Below, piece after piece: positions 1 through 14,159 of a stretch of DNA of 64,000 nucleotides; position 1 is the stretch's first letter, and each line of letters opens with the position of its first letter. Made by a program: the position numbers and the translations under genes. The notes under the pieces were generated by a model. That model had not been told where the DNA came from, did no database searches, and saw only the letters and a list, made by a program, of their open reading frames with translations. Origin of the DNA: Bugula neritina (Eukaryota > Animalia > Bryozoa); the NCBI GenBank assembly GCA_964035545.1, contig OZ037765.1, positions 12,286,698 to 12,350,697 on the forward strand, read 5' to 3'.

Positions 1-67
1 CATATAGAAAAGTACACAAGATTTTATAGTAATTGCTAATTTTAAAACAATTTTATTATAAACCTAC

Positions 68-3000
68 CATTTTCCATGTGGTAGAGAAAAGCCAAGTCTG
101 GAGGTATCTCTAAACCAATTATGGTCTTGAGCTCCTCTCTGGTCAGCTCCTGCATTGTCATATAAACAAATTATACTAGTAAGAGGTTGAGGCAGTGAGC
201 AATCAGCTATGTACGAGTATTTGCTGAGTGAGCTATACTATGTAGTATTGTACCAACAATGACAATGTAGCAGATCAAGGTGGATAGTCTATTAGAGTAT
301 ACTCTTATCAGTGGTTGTAAATATATAGCCCCCCACTTATCATGTTCGGCATTATAAATTGTTTGCACAACTTCTCCACGCCTACACTTGAAAGAGCATT
401 TATTACACATGTAGTTTTATATACTTTTGCAAGCACTCAACTATATGGAATTGTTTTCCATCAAATTTATTACAGTGGGAAATGTGCAGATTGATGACTT
501 ATTTTTAAGTAGCTTCTGTTCTATTAGCAGTCAGAAATGTTGTTCTTTAAATAACAAATATATACACAAACTTCAAACAAAAATTTGGATTAAACTGATT
601 ACTGCTAAACAATGTTAACACAAGAAGTTGTCTCCCTAAAGACAGCTCCAAATTCAACTTGATTAGTACTGAGCAGTTTCATTGGTCACGCAGAGAGTGA
701 TCAGATCATGAAACTGAAGCAAAAACAGCTTCATGGCAACACCTGGTTTCTAGCAGATAAAACCTACATACCCCTACAGCAATGCTTCAATTTTGCTCAC
801 ATAAATTGAGGCTATATTAACAAAAGTAAAAGAAAATATAAGAGAATAAAATAGTGCTTTCCCTAACAATAAGTTAGTCAGACTATCATTTGCACACAAT
901 ACCTTATTTGTAGTATCCATTTTACAATGGTGTGATAAATTAGTGCTCCCAACAAAATGCTCCTGCACACTGCAATGATGCACTATTTAGAATGTCCATA
1001 CCAGCATTGATACACTAGATTAATTCTATTCAATTTAGCACAATGGCTTTATTCAAGTCATTACTAGTGTTTGCCACTAAAATGCCAATACTGAAAAGAA
1101 GTTTGGTATTTAAAGGCTTGTAAGTAATATAATCAGCAAACAACTCTGAGGCTAAAAGATAGAATTTGTATCATGACAAGATAACTCCTAAAGTGTTGCA
1201 AGCTTTGATAATAATCTACATAGAGCCAAATAATTGTTGGAATGTAGAGCAACTCAAATACCACAAGATAGAAGTGAGTTTACATTTAAACACATTATAA
1301 AGGAATACATTTCATTTTTTGCATTCATAATCAATATGGCAGTTAATTTCAAGTTTAGATTATTTAGTGATTTCCCAGCAATGAATGTGTAGCGAGGAGC
1401 AAGAAATGTTGGTAGCAATCAGCACGTATACAGAAATTGGACAAAAACACAGAAAACATATTACTGGCCCATCTTCACATGTGTGTGTTATGCAATTACT
1501 ATAATGTGTGTGTACCTTTCTAGTTTCAGCTTGAGTCCACCTTCTGTCTCTCTCAATAATTAGTTGCTGCTTATATTTCAGGAAGTGATGACGCTGCCAA
1601 CGACATCGAAGGTTAGCCTGACATTGCGCAATATTTGCTTTGAATTGTTGATACCGCTTTCTAAATATAAAAATGAGTTATAAGCAATGAACTGAAAAAT
1701 TGACGCAATTTAGTGGGTTTCATATGATTGACTGAACGTAAATACATGTAGTTGAAATAGCATCACCGGATAGAATTGGTCATAATCGAGTCCATGTGTA
1801 AAGTTACGACATGCTTCTTTTACTATATCTAGTTTCTCCATACTAGTGTGTCACGGTGTGCATGGCCAAACACTTTATAAAAGAACAATTGTATACCTGT
1901 GAAAGTAACTCTTCCAATAGGATTGCAGACGAATCACGGCAGCCCGCTGTTTGAGAAATCTTCTTCTAAGCAGAAGTGTCTTCACCTTGTTTTCTATTAC
2001 TTTGACAGCATTGAGCACAACCTGATGTAAGATGTACACAACTGAATTGTTGCATACATTATATGAGATACAAGAACATGAGCATACAACTTATATTTAA
2101 GAATGTACATTATTATTATATAGACACCAATGACCAATACGCTAGGTTAGAACACAACAATTGCAAAATACGAGGATCATTTAAGAAAAAAGTTGTCCAC
2201 TTCAACTAGTCATCAAAATGTTTCAAAACACTTGAAAATAGTGTTTTTTTGACATTAGCAAACCTAACAATATCGCTATATGGGTCAATTTACTTAATTT
2301 AAAACACACTTTAAATCTCCACTTTTTAGCTATTTTTCACAATTTAGCTGCTGAGTTATATATAATTTTGTCCCAAACTAATAAAATATCAATAAATACA
2401 ACTAAATAATTAAAGTTCTTTTTAGCTTTGCATGATTTCCTATGAACTAAGAACCTTGATTATTTAGTTGTATTTATTGATATTTAGTTAGTTTTGAGCA
2501 AAATCCCACATAAATTAGCAACTAAATTGTGAAAAATAGCTAAAAACTGAGTTTGTACTAAATTAAGTAAAATGGCCTATATATAATTATATCAGAGCAC
2601 TAATAGGGACTATAACTATAACAATAGCCATATTGCCATAGGGTTATGCTTGGGTCTCAATAGATAAAGGTCCTTCGATGGTAATCTAAATGAAAAACAT
2701 GGCATGACTTTAGTTGGAAATATTATTTTACTTAACCCATGAATTTACTTTATTTTATTTTACTTTTTGTGTTAGTCCAGCTCTGTTATTAATGAGTTTT
2801 ATTTTAAATACCTAAAAAAATTAGAATTTGTTGCAGTAAAATAATGAGGTAAGAATAAAAAGCTGCTCATCAGTAAAGCCTATAGTTCTAAAGAATAACT
2901 ATAACACAGGAATGCCCCAACTTACTTCACAACCAAAACTTAGGAGCCTGAGCTCAACAAGCAAACATCGTTAAACACAAAGAAAACTATGCTAGGTATT

Positions 3001-6000
3001 TGAATACCAGTAAAAACATGGAATCTATCACCACAGGTGAACGTACTGAAAACCTTTGCTGCTCTAAATGCTGATAAAAAGCTTCCTTTAGGAATAATTT
3101 TGTATTCCCAATCTGATAGTCTTCAATATCGAGAGCTTCAAACTCTTTATTTAGAACTCTCGTGCAGAAACTTTTGGCATCTTCCTCTTCTAAAGGCGTG
3201 CTGCTGTACAGATATTCATATCTGTATAAAAAAACTGAAGTGTTTCATTACTACAAATAAATATAAGTAGTTGATGGCATCCAAAAAATAATTATTATGA
3301 TAAGCATAGGCGGTTGATAGCACTCAGGAAATAGGTATAGGAAATTAGAAGTCAAAGCATTTAAGATGTCATGAATTAAGTGTCTGTTTATAAACTTGAA
3401 TAGTATCTTCAAGTTTAAAACGCGCTTGAATTTGGGTAGATAACTCCACAGTCATGCTAAACACTCTACTAAATAAAAATCTACCTGTCTAGAAACTGGT
3501 CACAAGTCATGTGACACTGATAGCCTGTGGCCCTGATCCTGCATGTTTCTAGCACACCAGTACACAGGATCTGGCTAAACACAACGTCAGCATCAAATAC
3601 CATAGCAGATTTGCTGGTGTTTGGCTTCAAACAGCGAATAAACCATAACTGACAGCTAAAACAAATGATAACCACATAAAACTAGTTTATAAACAAGAAA
3701 ACAGGTAATAGTGACAACTTTAAAAACCTTAATCTAAAATATAGTGAATACTTTGAAAATCACCTCTTCAAGAATACATTTCTTGTAAGAACTAAAGGTT
3801 ATTAAGGGCAGATGTTAAAAATATGAGCATACAAATGACAGAGTTGTAAGTGTAGAAACCGATTATAAAAATGATTTTTTAAGAACCTCTTAATGTTTTA
3901 GGAGACTTTAACTGAAATTGATATTTATAAAATATATTAAAATAACTACAGCAACATCTACACTTTTTTTATAACAATTTGACACTTCATAAACTTATGA
4001 AATTAAATCAATGTTGAGCTTTTCATGTGTGTTTTTATGCTGTTGACCGCTAGGCCTGAGACATTAAGTGCAGGAACAAAGAAATTTAAATAGCTCAAAT
4101 TCTCTAAGTGTTTCAATGAACTTTGGTTTAGTGACAATCTTTCTTTCGTAGACATAACTCTGTTTGACACTTTTCTCTTCTAGAACACATGCTTTTCTAA
4201 ATTTCTCTATTACTAGCTCAAGATAGCCTAAGAATGGTATTGGTGGTCAAAAATTATGTTTTACCTTTCAATTTTTTTCAGTAGAGCAGTAAGTGATGTC
4301 TGAAAACTGGCAGCTACAGTTGGTGTTTTGGGTTTTAGAGTGGTAACTCTGCCTGTTACTTGGTTGAGATGCCTCATAGATATGAAATCTTTTTTCTCCG
4401 TAAAAACTTGTGAAATTATCTAGCATAAAACAAAAAGTATTAGGTCACCAATAAATCGATACATTCTCTATGCAAGACATTATTTTAACGATCTTCAAGT
4501 GAAAATAATTTTGTAATGAATTAATTCATAATGTAACATTATGAAAATTCAACTGCAATAAAATAATCATGACATAATAAAGATGCTGTAAGTAGGTTTA
4601 TAAACCAAGCCATACCGAGTTTTGACTGTGACACAACAAATCAATGATGTCTAGGTGCAGGACGTCTTTATTCTTCTCCACAAAACTTTTACTATTATAA
4701 GTTACTTCCCCAGCATAATGTTGGACACTGAATTCTAGGGTTTTAGTCTTTGACACTCTGAATAGCTTATTAGATTGATGAGTGAATTGAAGCTTGCTGA
4801 AGAAAGATTCATCTGTACCCTAGTGATAATAATAACAGTTACTATAATTATCATACATCACCACCTTTATCTATTCTCTCCTGCATCACAAGCTGTGACA
4901 AACTAATAGTAATAGTAATAAAAATAATAATGATACTAATAATATAATATTATAGCTCAGGCTTACAATTCCCAGATGTCTATAGATAGTAACGCACATC
5001 ACAATAAATAATCTTGGGAAAATCATTGTTTAATACCTTAGGAAATTGAGCTTCATCATCTAGCATCCTAAGTATTCCATGTGGACGAAGAGAAAGCAAA
5101 TCCAACACCATTTCATTACAATCATATTTTAATGCAGTCCACTCTATGCCTTCCTTCTCATAAAGCTCTTGCTCTGCCTCAAACACAGCTTTGTTAAACA
5201 AACGCTGCAGATGCTCATTGGCATAGTTGATGCACAACTGTTCAAAGCCGTTCAGTCTAAAACTCTAAAAATAAAATGGCACAATAGGCCAAGACTAACG
5301 CAGGCTAAAATTTGAGTGAAGCTAAGTTACGTTTAATTATAACTTCCAAAGCTAAAGTAACTCATTGTAGTGGGGAGGAGAGGAAGGGTTTGAATATTTT
5401 TTTATTACATTGAGAGAAAAGTTGCAACTGCTCAAGCAAATAGATCAAATTATTGTGATTATAAAAAAGTAGTCAGAAAAGTGCTGTTTATCTGAAATTC
5501 TGCACTGCTATATTTCTGCAGAATTGTACACTTGCTGGCATCTTTTACAGTTTTGTATTATTGGAATTGATGTCATTGCATTGATATTCTTAATAAAATT
5601 TCTGACATTTTTATTATAATATTTTTTATTAAGTTCTAAACTCAACTGAAACCCTAAATCTAGCAAAAACCCCATATATTTAATTTACATCAAGGTTTTT
5701 TAAAGTGCTTTATATCAAAACTTATAAATTTGGGGGTTAAAAAAATCGACAGTAAAACAAACAAATTCAACTTGCATCACAATGAGGTTTGAATAGTTGA
5801 ATCCAAGTCCACAAGTCATGAGATAAGTATGTATGGGCAATCCATAACTGTAGCTCATAGTAAACAAAACTATACTACCCAATACTTTATTTTATATCAT
5901 ATATTTTCCTAAACTGATGACATAATATTATACTAGAACAAGAGCACAGCCTTGCTTTACTAATTTAAGATAATTATTATGTTACTCACTGCGAGAAACT

Positions 6001-9000
6001 ATATTTGGTGAAGTTATCTCATTGTGGAGAAATCACAATAATTTGCATTAAAATGCATGCATTACCTAATCAACCTAATTAAGTATAAACCTTAAACCTT
6101 CGCAAGCACTTCTGAACAATGATTAATATTACAAAAGGCTCTCAGATAACTCTTTGATGTCAAATGTCCAGAAATGATCTATGTATAGTCAATGTACAAA
6201 AACATACCTCAAACCCAAAGATATCTAACAATGCTATAGACTTTAGCTGGTGAAGTGTAGGATTTATAGCCTTGTTGACTCTATGCACAAGCCACATGAA
6301 GAGCTGGGTGTAGAGAGCTCGAGCTATAGCATCCCTCGTGTTTATAGCCACTTGAGCAGATAATGGAACTGAAACTATCTCTCCTTTCAATGCCTGTGAG
6401 AAAGTTGCATATGAATCGAAAAATATTTATTTCGTTGAGATATCCGTAAACCAGAAATATTTAATCATGTCACATTAATACGTATATACCAGTCTGAGAG
6501 CACAAAAACATGAAAACAATGTTTAGTTATGTCTAAGGCTGGGGTGTGGCATTACCATCTTCCTAGAAGTTAATAATGGAACCAGCTCCTCAGAGCTAAT
6601 CTGCAGCTGTCTGGAGATTAGAGAAATGATCTCTACATTCTGGATGGTTGTATACTCTCTATGCTATAATAGTAAGAAAATATTTTTATGCTTAGAAAGC
6701 AAGCTGTATTGAATGTTGATAAACTCGAAGTTAAAACTGCTGCCCGGATGAAATTGATTGTGATTATTCCATTGTCTAGACTCTAGATCATTCAAATTTA
6801 ATACCAGGAGTTTACGAGTAGGATGGACCTGATGTAGTCAACCAAACTGTTACACAATGCTATAGCAAGGTCACACACCTGTCTTGGTGCGCTATATCTG
6901 ATGTTGCCAATATGCAATATGGCAGCCAAAATCTCAAACACACAAGACTTATCCTCTGAAGAGAATCCCAACACATCGAGAGATGCCAGTGTTACTTGAA
7001 AGTCTTCAGAGTCAGCCCTGTCTTCTATTCTTGAATTGGAGGACTTGAAAAAATTATTAATATTATCTTTCAAATTTTTATTAATAAAATATTATTTTGT
7101 AAAATTATATTATGGTCTGTACCTTTGCATCAAGTGCAAATTAGTTTAAGACAAACTAGGCCAGTCTGTATAAACCATTAATGAACAAGATGTTGGCAAT
7201 ATGTTGACCTGAATAAGCATACAGTAACTTACTTGTAAATTTAAAATCTAGAAACAAAGCTGCAAGTTTCACTCAAACTATAATAAACATGCAGAAACTG
7301 GAGAGCACTATCATAATGAATTGGCATCAATTTATCCAACTTGTTTATGGTTATCATAAGTGTGATGCTGAATCACTGTGTATGATACATACGTGGCTGA
7401 GATAACTGTACTCATGTGGTAATCCTAAGCTCAAAGTGGCCAGTGTATCCTCAGGTAATCCTGATAGAAGTTGATAGAATATATGAAAGTTACGTTCACC
7501 ATAGGCTTGATGTATGATACGAGATTTTTCTAGAAGATATTGAGATATTCGTCCTCCTAGAATACATCCACTAAAGAAAGGAGATGAAAGATGTATGTAA
7601 GAGAGCATGCTGTTAAAATATCTATAATTAACATATTGGTGACTATGCTTGTTTGTTTAAAAAAAATGCAAAAGTATCAGTTTCAGGAGCTGATGTCGTT
7701 TATACAATATATGCTAACACAAAAAAAAGCAATTGGGTGAGCAACAGAGAAATTTCAATAGCCCAAGTTCATTAATTGGCTTCATAAAATCTCAAGAGAA
7801 CATAACCTTTCTTGCTATACTTCTCATCAAGATCACAGACTTTTCTCGATTTCTCCATTACAGCAATGACCTCGATTTAATGCATTATTTCATTACGTAA
7901 TAATTTTCTTAATGTTCCGGAACAGTTATGAACAATGTTCTAGAAACCAGAGACCAGCACCAGAAAGCCATCGATAGCCTATGATCATATGCCGTAGGGC
8001 CTACGGCATATAATGCAATTTTTGGGTATTTCTTGTGGAGAGTAAAACTGACATACCCATCGTAAACAAGCTCCAAATATTTTCCAAATCTGCTAGAGTT
8101 ATTATTTCTGATAGTCTTAGCATTGCCAAATGACTCAAGAAGAGGGGCGGCAATCAGAAGCTTCTCTGTAATGGTGGACTCGTTGGAGGCACTAACTTTG
8201 GTTAAGTACTCTAGCAGTAACTTCACACTCTCAGTCTTTCCTGACCCACTCTCACCGCTACTCGTTAGATGAAAAGATGCAAATTCTTGTTAGACTTCTT
8301 ACTTTTTAAATTTTGGGTTTGATTTCAAAATTCTTTCATTTTAATCTACTGCTGTATATAACTTTTAAAGTTTCGAATATTTGCAAGAACTAACAATACG
8401 CATAAAACGCTACACTCTGGGTCAGCAGTTTTTAACTCAATGTTTTTAAGTTTTATATTTGAATATCTAAAAAAAGTATCTAAAATGGTTACTAAATAAG
8501 ACCGTTAATAAAGAGAATAGTACCAATGAAGAGTGCCTAGGCAAAGGCTTACCTGACAACGACACATTGGTTTTGACCTTGCAGCAAGTTTGTATACAGT
8601 TCATTACCAATAGCAAATAAATGGCTACAAGTAATACAAGTATTGAGTCAGCATCATCAAATAAATTACGAACAACCAAATTCATGTTTCCTGAAAGAAA
8701 AAAGTGAGCGATAACTTCTTAATAGTTTTTTCCTATGCTATAAAGGCATATCTTTATCTAAAATGCCAAAAAAGCATACTGTTCTGGAAAAAACTTATAA
8801 TTGATCTAATGTTTTGGTTCGAGAACCTAGTACTGTATAAACTTAGTGTTACAGCATAATAAGAAATATGACACTAGAACTAAGAGGGTAATCATACGGT
8901 GGGTTTAAGCTGCCAAGTACTTGACCATCGTATCGTCTGATGTGCTTATCCGTATAAATAGGAAGCTTTCTGTATGGATTAATAGTGATCAGAATGCTGC

Positions 9001-9703
9001 CTATATAAGTCTGCAACAATAAAAATGGCTTATATGCAGTGTAAATAAAATATGACAGCATAGCTAATTCACCCACATCATCACCAGAGTCCAGAATGCA
9101 CTATTATTCTTTGGAAATATACTTACATAGATTAGGTTGGCCTGATATCTAATTCTTAGATTTAGTAGGATTGATTTTTCTGTCAAATCACTGAAATACA
9201 TAAAAAAGAATAAATTATTAGGTATAAGTATTTGAGCAACCATTGTATTTCTAATGAAGAAAATATTATTATCTATATTTTGAATTAGTTGAGTTCCACT
9301 TTACAGTAAGATAAAGCAGTTTGATATATAAGTTTTACTATTTAAACATTGAAGTTGTTGGTATCGAGTAGATTTAAACAAAAGCATTGCAATTTTGCAA
9401 GGCATATTAAAACTTTGAATTTTTATAAAAGGGTACAAAATAACAGAGATACCTGAGATAAATCAAGTTTTCTACAGCTGTGAATGTACTCAGTTCTCCC
9501 CTGATTAGCCATGTGGTTTCCTTCTCTACTGGTGCTGGCAGATCTTCCTCATCCTTCTCCACCACTTGGCAGGTCTCCTCATCCTTCTCCACCACTTGGC
9601 TGGTGTCCTCATCCTTTTCATACTCTTTCGTAGAGAAAATCTCATGAACAGATGGCTCAGGTATAGGTTCAGAAAAGTTATATGTTCTAGGGACGAGTGA
9701 CAT
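68..9703 (-). CDS. Unconventional myosin, class XV-like (motor, IQ region and start of tail; multi-exon, 3' part beyond the left edge)
   Basis: GT-AG exons join into myosin motor motifs: [21 protein letters not shown]-loop [10 protein letters not shown] (~8258-8229), [97 protein letters not shown]-like exons lie near 1500-2020. Exon 68-150 ([11 protein letters not shown]) and the GESGSGKT P-loop resemble MYO15. The start at 9703 is tentative. Confidence 0.9.
2277..2583. mobile_element. Foldback/MITE-like element in a myosin intron
   Basis: Imperfect ~130-bp inverted arms (2277-2410 vs 2460-2583; e.g. ttagctatttttcacaatttag / ctaaattgtgaaaaatagctaa and aatatcaataaatacaactaaataa / ttatttagttgtatttattgatatt), with TA-rich ends. 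Confidence 0.65.
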
Positions 9704-11238
9704 CTTGCAGCTATAGTTTTACAGGTTATCAAACGCTAACAACCCCCTGAATAGTGTGTGATTGTATTTTATACAGTTACTTCACTGCTTCAATATTTTC
9801 TGCAGTATCACAACAGTGGCTTCCCCTGAGAAAATGCGTCTTCTTAGTATATATTGTTAGAGCTATCGCTACCAGTACAAGAAGTATAGCTTAGGGACTC
9901 CAGTATATGTACTGCATAGAGCCAACTATTGACATAGAAAATCTCAAAAGCAGTAACTAATCCTCAGAGACATGGCAAAGAAACAATGTTGTGATGAGCA
10001 TATTTTTAGACAATAATTGTTACAATAAAACTTTTGGCTTGCTACGGACTTGCACCATAAAACTTTACTTACTGAGGGTTCAATTATTGTTACTACTTAT
10101 ATGTTAGCGCTGATGTAAAAAAACATTCTCAATTCATGATTGGTCTAGCTACTAGTACAATGTATTGCAATTCTAAGTACAAGTTTCTCACTACAGACTT
10201 CTGTTAAAGACGCCAGAGTGTAAAGACTAGCAGCTTGTTGGGGGCAAAACATACAGCAGTTACAACTTCTTCAATATTTTGCAAATATAAAACCAATGAA
10301 TATGGTTGGATCACGAAAGTAAGTGGTGTATGGGAAACTTATGCACCTAAAAACTACATAGTTTTGAACCACATTTTTCAAATTTATAGAAAATTAAAAG
10401 TAAAGAAGTGACAGCATAAACTTGGTGTGGACAAGAAAAAGCAATAAGCTCTTACTAATTTTACTTAACACACTGTGAGCTTAGCAAGATGACATTGACC
10501 AATAGTTAAACATCAATTTTTATATTTTTAGATAATGAAATAAAAACGCCAATAGTAAGATTAACTTTCATTCGATTACCTAAAGATGCATCACAGTAGC
10601 TATCCCTACTTCTAACATTACAACAAAAATCAGATAGTAAATAATCTCACTCAATATGGTCGATGTACGACAAACAGTACAAATAGAAAAGAATATATAT
10701 GTAAGTATATCAACAAAAACTAAATAACATGCAGACTTCATATTAGGATAGATTGTAAAGATAAGTCAGTCGTTGACCAAAATTAGTAACTCAAATATTT
10801 TAAGGCTTTAAAGACCTTTTGCCACCTAAAACTTTTATATCATTAGAGAGTTCGAAAAGTCATAGATTTTAACCACCAAATCATTTTGTATCTTAAAAAA
10901 AACCTTTTGTAAAAGGCAAGAAAAAGAAAGTAAAGTTACATACAAAAAAAGTTATTATTAATGCACCATTCAATCTTTCATAATGCATTCTAGGACACTT
11001 GTACACTCAAATATCATAGAATTTATTTCTATAAATGCCCATATCTTTATGCCAGATAAATTGAGTAAATTTTATACAAAACAATTCGATGATATAAAAA
11101 GCACTTGGGGGCAGAAGACCTTTAAAAATCTAATAAATTTGATGTATAAAAATAAGCTTATAGAAACTTTGACATGATTATAAATAGATGAAAATGATTC
11201 AAGATATCGAGCAGCATGAAACCTTAACTGTAAATAGT

Positions 11239-12816
11239 TTAGTAGCCAGAGAGAGATGGCACGGCCAGCTTAGTGGAACTGATGGAGGCACCAAGTTTCT
11301 TGTGGCCAGCCACACCAGCAGATACCATACGTCTGGGAGTCTTAGTCACAGGACTATCACTGATGTCGGCTAGCGCTTTCCTAAAGTTTAGGTCAATCCA
11401 TTAAACCAGTGACAAAATCAGTGGGTTAAGTATAAAGTTACATGCAGCTTAGGATTCTCCATAACTCGACCTTCTCAAAACAAGCTAGCTACCTAACAAT
11501 AATGGTTTTGATAGAACCATTCCACAAGCAGCTCCGAGTTGGGCTGACTAAATGAAATAGTTTGAGATTCTCAAGTTTGGGGTTCCAAGTTCGAACTTAA
11601 GCCCTCAACAATAAACTTGAGAATCCCAAACTACTGCACTCAGTCACCCCCAACTCGGAGCTGCTTATAGAACAATTCGTTTTCATATGTGTAAATTTAG
11701 GTGAACCCCCATGAATTAGTAAGAAGGTTAATTTAGTAATTTAGTACTTCCGACTAAAGTGTGTAAACACAAGTTTAAGTGCTATTCATAGCAAAATAAA
11801 TATAATGTGGTTTGGTGATTTTTGAAGAGTAATAAATTGTAATAACTCCAATACATGTCTAATTGGGCTGGACTGCACAAGTAATGTTGAAAGAAGTAAT
11901 TATTGTAGATACAGCCATATAGATTAATCCTATCATAATGCATTGGATGCACCATACATGTAGAGTTGAAATATGAAGCACTTCCACTTACACAAAACAT
12001 GCCCATTATGCCCCAATACATAATTGATCAGAAGAAAAAATCTGCATTCAATTAATTTGTTCAATACCAACAAGCAAATTTCACAGAGCATAGGTTGAGA
12101 ACACAATTTTGTTTATGTACTGGGAAAAAAGTTATTAAATCACCTTTTGGATATCCGTGAAAAAGTATCATCTAAGCCTGGTGTCTCAATACAAAAAGGG
12201 CTATACATCTTTATAGATAGGGGGGTGGACAAGCCCTGCGCTTTAATTCTCTCAGACCGCCGAGGTGTTGTATAGGCATGATTAATCATTCTAGGGGATT
12301 CACGCAGGCTTATTTTCTTGTATTGCTTGCCTTTTAATTTCTATAACAAAGACATTGTTATGCTATAAAAAAAAATAGTAAAACTTTTATTCAAACTAAA
12401 CTATTTCATAAAGTTCCAGATCAAAAACACTGAGTGATGGAGTAAATAAAACAATTGCAATATACATTAAATCTACCAGAAAGCAAAATTATAATAATTA
12501 CCTTTCCAATGCTCATTATTGCAGACTTCATTGTATTCAACCCAGAAAATTCTTTAGGCTGAATGTTTTCAGCTTCTGCAATCGAATTTAGATTCTCACT
12601 TGTAGCAGCTTTCTTGTTTTCCTTTACCTGACTAACTTTTGATTTACTAAAAGACTTTCTAAAACTTGATTTCTTGATGTTGCTGTGTGTAACATCAGTA
12701 GAAGAGTTAAGTTTCTTCAGTGAAGCTGCAGGTGGTGTTTGGATGGTTTTCTCCGCTGCTAACGCATTATAGCGGTTACTCTTACGAATGCTGAGTTTTC
12801 TACGCAAATCAGACAT
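11239..12816 (-). CDS. Orphan ~217-aa basic, low-complexity protein with KEN box, D-box and CDK sites (exons 12816-12502, 12340-12144, 11380-11239)
   Basis: Three exons with GT-AG boundaries and compatible phases (0, 2) give one ORF: MSDLRRKLSIRK..VKENKK..SIGK | KLKGK..ESPR..TTPRRSERI..MYSPFCIETP..SK(R) | KALADISDSPVTKTPRR..SLSGY*. Confidence 0.7.
11514..11678. mobile_element. Short palindromic MITE-like element in intron 2 of the orphan gene
   Basis: Inverted arms aagcagctccgagttggg / cccaactcggagctgctt and tagtttgagattctcaagttt / aaacttgagaatcccaaacta. Confidence 0.65.
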
Positions 12817-12882
12817 CTTGGTTTAACTACAACAGCAATCAGTTCTATCATAAAATATTTATTTTGCGAAAAAAATTGATGC

Positions 12883-14150
12883 AGGGGTAACATGGGCACA
12901 GCGATCAAAGGGGTACAAAAAGCCGGTCATATTGTGAGAAAACTTATTGACTTACAGTTGTGATATTTGTTAAAAAAAAAGGTATTGACATCATTATTCA
13001 GCCATTGTAGTTTTAACACTTGCGGAGCATACATATTGAAGAGGCGAGTCAAAAACTGTTTTTACCTACTTTTTGTAAATTTTTAAGATGTCATTAAAGC
13101 TTTATAACTTTTTACACTCAAAGGTAACAAGCCTAGAATTTACTGATATTGTTGCCATTGCTTGTTTCTACATTGCTTAACTAACATAACAGCAAACTCT
13201 AAATAAATTTTCCTTGAGCCACATTTATTTTCAACTTGGCCGCACGGGGCACAATGGGCCACCTGATCATTGCACCCTGATCACTGTTATTAGTTTGTTT
13301 GCCCAAAGATTTAGTTGAAATGTTAATAAAATCTATAGATATAACCATCTGACATTTTTGTAAAATATCAAAGACATTATGGTAAGACTACCAAACTACA
13401 AGATGAAGCTCCCCTAATATAAACATCTGGTGAGGTTATTGCTTTGTCATTTCATACATCATACAAAACACTCTGCTGTTGGTACTAGTGCATAGTCATG
13501 ATATTCATCATACATTCTATGATTGAGGGAATATACATGTATTTAACTAAAATAAATTGTGATTTGCTTATTTCCTCCCCCTTCCGTACTCCAGTCACAA
13601 ACCTCAGCCATGCACCTTAGCTACAGTTCATAGAAAAAAGTTCACTCGGAATTTTGTAGTATATGTTGCTAAAGTTGTTTCTGATGAAAGTTACCGTGAA
13701 GTGAAAATAGAAAAAATATTTTTAGTTCTAAACAGTAATGATAATGGTACCGCAGAAATGAGTGATGTGCGTTTGAGTTTGCCTCCCGTGGTGGCACAAA
13801 CTGTACAGCTAAACTGATTTTTGCTGTGGTTAGGAAAGAATATGTTTATTTATTTGTAATAATAAATAAATAAAGTTCAGATGCAACCAAATCAGCAAAG
13901 TTTCAATATATTTGTTGTGTCCCACCCAGTGGCCCATTGTACCCCGATACCAGGGCACAACGGGCCATTTTTTCGTCATGAAAATTTCATTATTCTGAAA
14001 GTTGTGAAAAAGATAGAAACAACCAACTGATACCTATAATAGACAAGTGGTGTAGTATTTAGACTAGAGATTATTGAACTAGTAACTTGAAAAGCAGACG
14101 AATGAGAGCAAAAAATTCAAAATTCGGCCCGTTGTACCCCCCTCCCCCTA
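12883..14150. mobile_element. Degenerate non-autonomous DNA transposon remnant(s), possibly pogo-like
   Basis: Recurrent subterminal motif GGGGYACAAYGGGCC in both orientations (~12884, 13246, 13931, 13952, 14126); right end ..gttgtacccccctccccta. No coding remnant seen, so the family is a guess. Confidence 0.45.
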
Positions 14151-14159
14151 CTTGTTAAA

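Noticed and set aside
9540-9620. 30-bp coding tandem repeat in the myosin N-terminus (KDEET.QVVE)
   Set aside because: Real, but an ordinary local duplication in a low-complexity region.
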